Source: Burkholderiales bacterium (GTDB lineage Bacteria > Pseudomonadota > Gammaproteobacteria > Burkholderiales > SG8-39). Taken from it: a stretch of DNA of 64,000 nt. Made by a program: the position numbers and the translations under genes. Positions 59,600-64,000 of the stretch are shown here, piece by piece. Positions within the stretch are counted from its first letter, which is position 1. The number at the start of each line of letters is the position of its first letter. The stretch spans positions 5,307-69,306 of the forward strand of contig JAHDYJ010000012.1 of the NCBI GenBank assembly GCA_023383795.1, read 5' to 3'. The notes under the pieces were generated by a model. That model was not told the origin of the DNA, did not search any database, and was given only the letters and a program-made list of their open reading frames with translations.

Positions 59600-61612
59600 C
59601 TAGTTGCCGATCAGTCCCACGAGCGGGCCGGCGGTCGTCGCGTCGCCGATGTCGTGCACGAGCGCGTGGAAGCGCTCGGTCGCTTTGATCCCGATCTGAT
59701 CGAATTCGGCGTAGCGCTCGGTGAGGATCTGCAGCCGGATATCGCGCCGCAGGCCGAGCTTCGAGGCGAGGCGCAAGTTCCCGAACGCGATCATCACTTG
59801 GCCGGAGTAGTCCGTCGTCGCGCCGGCCGGCAGCACCGGCGACGTGTAGACAGGGAAGCCACCGTAAGCTTTGGGGATGTCCCCGGCGAGATCGGACACC
59901 GCGTTCCCGGCAAGCCCCTGCAGGATCCGGAAGAACGTCAGGCCCCAGGCGCGGTGTGAACAGTAAAAACCGGCGCCGTCGTACGCGACCTCGGGCAGGG
60001 CGGCCACTAGCGCTGCAAGATCCGCGGCGTCGATCTCGGCGAACGTATCGTGGTTGGCGCCGGCGAGCACCTGGCCGCCGTCGTGGCTGCCATCCACCAG
60101 GAGGTGAAACACGCCGCGCATGCCGCCGTACGTGGAGGTCGCGTCGCCCAAGAAGCCGCACTCATCTTCTTTCTTCGCGAACGCGCGGCCGATCTGGAAG
60201 GCCACCCGATCCGCGATCGCGATCGGCGAGTCGTCCATCAGTTCCGTCGGCACGCGGACGAGCGAGGCCGCCTTGCGCGCGACGAGATTGACGGTTTCCC
60301 ACGCGCCTTCGCTGTCGGGGATTTCGGCGCTCTCCTCGACGAAGTTCACTTCCGGATCGGAGGCCGACCGCGGGACGGTTAGGGTGTCCGTGTTCATCGG
60401 CCATACGTCGGAGCGCATGCGGAACACGCCGTGCGAGTCGGCGAGGTCGATGATTGTTGCCGACAACTGATCGGGCACGAGCGCACCGCCCTGGCTGAGA
60501 ATCTGTCCGCTCATGGCCCGGACTTCCAGGCCGTTGGCGCCACACCAGGCGATAGCGCCCCGATCGCCGTAGAGCGCGCGGAGCCACTGCCCCGCAGCGA
60601 ATGCGCGCGCCTGCGCGTCCGGGCCCTTGAAGTGCTTCGGAAGGGGAAGCTGCTCGCGCGCGCCGGCGCCGTAGCTCGACGTGACGTACGCGGGCTCGGC
60701 GGTGTTCAGCGGCGGCGTGCCGAGCGAGAGCCGCCCCAGCATGCGCTGACGGAACATCTCGACCGTTCCGCTCGGTTCGGCAGCGACCGCGGCGGCGATC
60801 TCCGGCCCGCCACGGCCGACGAATTCATTTCCGGCGCGCAGGATGTCTGCCACGCGCTGCCGCTCGCGCGCGGCGCTGTCGTCGAACTCGCGCGCCTCGA
60901 GCTCACCGCCGGCGCGCAGGATCCGGCGCTCGCGCCGGCTGAGATTGCCGGCGTCGCCGGCGTCGTCGTGGATCGTCATGGGAATAAATCCTTTCGCATG
61001 CGAAAAAAGTTGGCGACCGACGCCGACTGAGGGATCGGCCGGCACCGAGACAAGCGAGCCCTCCAGCGGCTCCCAGTCGATGACGCGGTACGTGGATACG
61101 CCCTCCTCCTGCCTCTCGAGGACGAGGTCGTGGATCAGGTAGCCCACCGATGCATTCGTGCGGATGCCGTCGAGCACATCGCGCCAGATCTCCTCGGCGC
61201 GCGCGGAACGGCCGAACCGCGCGGTGACCTGCAGCTTTCTGTCGGACGTGACTTCCCAGCGCTCCCCCACGCCCACGTGATCGCGGGCATCGTGGCCGAC
61301 CAGAAGCGGGAAGCCGGCCTCGAGCCGCATGTCGCGGATCGAGCCCCGGCCATGATCGAGGATCTCGAAGCCCCACCAGCGCTCATAGCTGGCTTCGCTC
61401 GAGATCGAAAGGGTGACGGTGCGCGCCTCTTCGTCGATCGCCCCGCGATCGAGCCGGAGGAAGCGCTCCTGGCGCTTGCCGCGCAGCGCGGCGATGCGCG
61501 CCTCCGGCTGGAGGGCGAGGAACTTCCGATGCCGCGCTGCGACCGCACGCACCTGCTCGACGGCGCCCGATGTGCCGGCGGCGCTCCATTCCATCTCGAA
61601 GTCAATGGTCAC
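59600..61612 (-). CDS. HK97-type prohead protease fused to scaffold and major capsid protein
   Basis: Protease motifs PLLVGHD, ASVGY, EGSLVSVPAD; capsid motifs GGALVP, FVEESAEIP, VPTELMDDS, FAKKEDECGFLGD, FGNL, ATERF; GTG start inferred. Confidence 0.88.
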   Translation of the reverse strand: MTIDFEMEWSAAGTSGAVEQVRAVAARHRKFLALQPEARIAALRGKRQERFLRLDRGAIDEEARTVTLSISSEASYERWWGFEILDHGRGSIRDMRLEAGFPLLVGHDARDHVGVGERWEVTSDRKLQVTARFGRSARAEEIWRDVLDGIRTNASVGYLIHDLVLERQEEGVSTYRVIDWEPLEGSLVSVPADPSVGVGRQLFSHAKGFIPMTIHDDAGDAGNLSRRERRILRAGGELEAREFDDSAARERQRVADILRAGNEFVGRGGPEIAAAVAAEPSGTVEMFRQRMLGRLSLGTPPLNTAEPAYVTSSYGAGAREQLPLPKHFKGPDAQARAFAAGQWLRALYGDRGAIAWCGANGLEVRAMSGQILSQGGALVPDQLSATIIDLADSHGVFRMRSDVWPMNTDTLTVPRSASDPEVNFVEESAEIPDSEGAWETVNLVARKAASLVRVPTELMDDSPIAIADRVAFQIGRAFAKKEDECGFLGDATSTYGGMRGVFHLLVDGSHDGGQVLAGANHDTFAEIDAADLAALVAALPEVAYDGAGFYCSHRAWGLTFFRILQGLAGNAVSDLAGDIPKAYGGFPVYTSPVLPAGATTDYSGQVMIAFGNLRLASKLGLRRDIRLQILTERYAEFDQIGIKATERFHALVHDIGDATTAGPLVGLIGN

Positions 61613-61800
61613 GGCCCGTCCCGCTTCACCACGGCGCCGCGCAAATAAGAAAGCCGGCGCCGACAACGTCGATCCCGCTGCGCGGGTCCACTGTCGCCGG
61701 CGGCCGGCTGGCCGCTTCGTCTCGAGGCTCGCATGGCCGCGGGTTCGTGCGCCTGGCGGCGCGCCCCATTTCAGCCGAGAATCTCGGCAGAGACGCGGCA

Positions 61801-61829
61801 ATCTTGCCACCGCGCAGGATCCTTGGCAA
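61801..61829 (-). promoter_or_regulatory. Candidate sigma-70 promoter for the capsid-tape measure operon
   Basis: Minus strand TTGCCA-N17-CAAGAT; CTTGCCA/TGGCAAG inverted repeat overlaps both hexamers. Confidence 0.4.
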
Positions 61830-61849
61830 GTGGCTCACCCGGTGAGCCA

Positions 61850-62140
61850 TCAATTTGCGCGCTGTGCACGCTCGGCGCGCTCGGCGCGCTCGACGTCAAT
61901 CGCGCCCAAGGTTGCCGCCAGTGCGTTCAGCCGGCTGGGCAGGATGCGCGTCCAGTTGTCAGCGTCAATCGGGCTGTCGGTTTTCCAGCGGACGAGCTCG
62001 TCGCGGCGGGCGATGCCAACGGCGCCCGCCGCGTTGTGCCCGCAATGGACGTGCACAAGGTCAAGGTCGTCGTTCAGCGGCCGGCGCATGGCGCCGGCCA
62101 AGCACTCTTGGCAAATCGTCGTCGGCCCGTTCACTTCCAC
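61850..62140 (-). CDS. Hypothetical protein with CxxC...HxHC
   Basis: AGGAG RBS; ICQECL...HVHCGH; lies between terS and the capsid gene. Confidence 0.6.
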   Translation of the reverse strand: MEVNGPTTICQECLAGAMRRPLNDDLDLVHVHCGHNAAGAVGIARRDELVRWKTDSPIDADNWTRILPSRLNALAATLGAIDVERAERAERAQRAN

Positions 62141-62153
62141 CTCCTGTGTCAGA

Positions 62154-62660
62154 CTAAGGCTGCTCCAGTGCCGCGGCGAGCGCGGTCAGCGCACGCCGGA
62201 CCTCATGCTCGAGGAGGCGTTGCGCCGCTGGCGGATCCGCCGGCGCAACGATCGCGGCGACGCGAGCCGGAAGCGCCAGCATCGCGTCGGCAACCATCCG
62301 GGCGGTCTCCTGCTGGCTCCGGCGCACGTCGTCGGCGTCTACGAGCCGCCCGGCGCGGCGGGCGAGCTCGAGCTCTTGGCGGTCCGCCTGCGCACGCAGC
62401 AGCCGTTTCCGGTCCGGGTCGTCGGCGCCGCGGCGCGCGACTTCACGAGCGAGCCACCATTGAACCGCGGCACCGGCGTCGTATAGCCGGTGCCGGCCAC
62501 GGTCGCCGAGGCATGGGAGCCCTTCGCCTTCCCAGGCGACAATCGATGCGGCCGACACGCCAAGTACGCGGGCGAGCTGCCGCTGCGTGAGCTCGACCGC
62601 GCCATCAGCCTCCACGATTGCCGCTGAATCCTCAGAGGGAGGCTTAACTTCAGCGCTCAT
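62154..62660 (-). CDS. Terminase small subunit, lambda Nu1-like (PICI Rpp-like)
   Basis: Winged HTH LTQRQLARVLGVSAASIVAWEGEGLP...YDAGAAVQWW; coiled coil RKRLLRAQADRQELE..GRLV; LALPARVA. Confidence 0.82.
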   Translation of the reverse strand: MSAEVKPPSEDSAAIVEADGAVELTQRQLARVLGVSAASIVAWEGEGLPCLGDRGRHRLYDAGAAVQWWLAREVARRGADDPDRKRLLRAQADRQELELARRAGRLVDADDVRRSQQETARMVADAMLALPARVAAIVAPADPPAAQRLLEHEVRRALTALAAALEQP

Positions 62661-62684
62661 GTTCCTCACCTTCTAGCGCTTTTT

Positions 62685-62726
62685 CGAGGCTGGAACGCTC
62701 GCAACGCGATCGGCCAGGAAGGACCC
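62685..62726 (-). other. Lambda-like cos site (cosQ GGGTCCT plus cosN-like sequence)
   Basis: Minus strand GGGTCCTTCCTGGCCGATCGCGTTGCG-AGCGTTCCAGCCT-CG parallels lambda GGGTCCTTTCC...TTACG-GGGCGGCGACCT-CG, immediately upstream of terS as in lambda. Confidence 0.6.
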
Positions 62727-62743
62727 GCAAACGGCGGGCGCAT

Positions 62744-62905
62744 GAACCTTGCGAACCTTCGTGAACCCTTCTGAACGCGTGCGTAGAAAAGTCTCCACAT
62801 CACCAACCGCTTTTATTTCCCACTAGAGGGTTCGATAGGTTCGGTAGGTTCAGATGCAGATCTGGCGCGGCGATCGAGCCGAACCACCCCCGAACCTACC
62901 GAACC
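62744..62905. repeat. GAACC iterons in both orientations (putative replication origin)
   Basis: GAACC at 62744/62753/62763, GGTTC at 62829/62838/62847, GAACC at 62881/62892/62901; 9-11-bp spacing, at the 3' end of the VapE gene. Confidence 0.65.
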
Positions 62906-64000
62906 CTCTTCCGCTGGCGCTTCCCACACGCGCCGCCGCAAGGCGCCGACTTGGCGCCGGGCCCAGCCAAGGCGCCGCAGGATTGCTCCGGCCCGGAGCT
63001 GCGCGCGCCGATCCTGGCGGGCGGCCTCGAGGCCCACGGCCGCGCGTAGCAGCTCCCCGATCTCTACTTGTCGGAGCTGCGCGACGTGCATCGCGACGCG
63101 GTCTTCCCACGGATCACCCTCGTAACGCTGCTCCTGGGCGGCCGCGGCCTCGCCCGCGGGCACCTCCCACCACGGCTCGCGCAGCTCGCGGACGCGATGC
63201 AGCGCTTCGGCGAAGAGTTGCTCGCGATTGGCGCCAATCCAGTCAAGATCGATCGCACCGCAGCGCACCGGCCAGAAGCGCCGCGCGCCAGTCGCGTCGC
63301 GCAGGTAGTGCGATTCGTTAGTCGTGCCGACCATGACCGAGGTACGCGGCAGCTCGAGCGTGCGCCGGCCATAGGGCGGGCGGAAGTTGTCGACGCGGCG
63401 CGACGCGAAAGCCTTGATGGTTTCGGGCTCGCGTCGATTGAGCGCCTCGAGCTCGGGCAGCTCCACAATCAGGCGGCCGTGGAGCTCGAGGATCGCGTCC
63501 TTGCTGCCGAGTGGACTTAAGATCTCGCCGTACCAGTCGCCGCCGAGCGTCTCAAGCGCCTGGCTCTTCAGCCGGCCCTGCCCCGATTCGAGCACGACGA
63601 TGTGGTCATGCTTGCAGCCTGGCCAGATCAGGCGCGCTGCCGCAGCCTTCAGGAGGTTGGCGCCGATCGCGATCGCGTACGCCGTATCGTCGCCCCCGAA
63701 CGCGCGTGACACGAGCAGATCCGCACGACTCACGCCGTCCCAGCGAAGACCGAGCAACCACGAGAGTGGCTCGCAGCGCTCGTGCTCATGGGCGACGAGT
63801 TCGACGCCCTGGCGCACAGGGTCGATTCCGATACGCGGCAGGCCGACCTCGGTTTGCAGCAGCCGCAGTAGGCGCAGCTCATCAACATCGCGCCAGTCCC
63901 GCGGTGTGGCGTCGTGATCGACACGCACCCGCTGGTAGAAGCGGTCGAAGTAGAGCGCGCCCTTGTAATCCGGATGGAAATCCAGCACGCGCGCGACGTT
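62813..64000 (-). CDS. VapE (virulence-associated E) primase-helicase, 5' truncated by window edge
   Basis: LRWDGVSR, PGCKHD, Walker A GQGRLKS, ELPEL, RPPYGR, GTTN..YLRDATGARRFWPV, REQLFAEA. Confidence 0.92.
   Translation of the reverse strand, partial: NVARVLDFHPDYKGALYFDRFYQRVRVDHDATPRDWRDVDELRLLRLLQTEVGLPRIGIDPVRQGVELVAHEHERCEPLSWLLGLRWDGVSRADLLVSRAFGGDDTAYAIAIGANLLKAAAARLIWPGCKHDHIVVLESGQGRLKSQALETLGGDWYGEILSPLGSKDAILELHGRLIVELPELEALNRREPETIKAFASRRVDNFRPPYGRRTLELPRTSVMVGTTNESHYLRDATGARRFWPVRCGAIDLDWIGANREQLFAEALHRVRELREPWWEVPAGEAAAAQEQRYEGDPWEDRVAMHVAQLRQVEIGELLRAAVGLEAARQDRRAQLRAGAILRRLGWARRQVGALRRRVWEAPAEEGSVGSGVVRLDRRARSASEPTEPIEPSSGK

Larger units (their letters stand above)
56460..64000 (-). 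mobile_element. Integrated phage-satellite/PICI-like element (continues beyond the window)
   Basis: att site plus co-oriented VapE, terS, protease-capsid and tape measure genes; no portal, terL or tail tube between VapE and att. Confidence 0.8.

Noticed and set aside
61626-61853. 75-aa ORF between the hypothetical gene and the capsid gene
   Set aside because: No recognisable motif, and it overlaps a promoter-like and hairpin region; not called as a CDS, although its start overlaps the upstream stop.
56460-64000. Complete prophage, GTA or canonical cf-PICI
   Set aside because: No portal, terL, head-tail connector, tail tube or lysis genes between VapE and att; a decayed prophage is not fully excluded.

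Overview
High-GC window that looks betaproteobacterial (inferred from protein style and the pyrG-kdsA-eno-ftsB order). Layout: 1-14.4 kb acyl-CoA/fatty-acid catabolism genes; 14.6-20.3 kb a large RTX/Ig-repeat secreted protein whose lipase-like domain lacks the catalytic Ser; 20.8-25.0 kb pyrG-kdsA-eno-ftsB; 25-30 kb a small redox/monooxygenase cluster; 30.4-35.8 kb arsC divergent from pstSCAB-phoU with Pho boxes; 35.8-41.1 kb a speA-CASDH-nspC-speB polyamine operon; 42.9-48.1 kb a putative trans-envelope signalling module (two secreted CsgG/FlgT-like proteins, a Ser/Thr kinase with a FlgT-like periplasmic region, and a convergent cyclase-FHA gene); 48-56 kb an orphan dpgC-like gene, a Fur-DUF2946(RGPP)-TonB receptor operon, a PEP-CTERM gene and small stress genes. 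From a tRNA-Asn 3'-half att site at 56460 to the window end lies an integrated PICI/satellite-like element: VapE primase-helicase with iterons, a lambda-like cos site, Nu1-type terS, a protease-capsid fusion, small duplicated ORFs and a full-length tail tape measure gene. No portal, TerL or other intact tail gene is present in the visible part. This element is the most novel-looking system here. All assignments come from motif recognition by eye; no searches were run.
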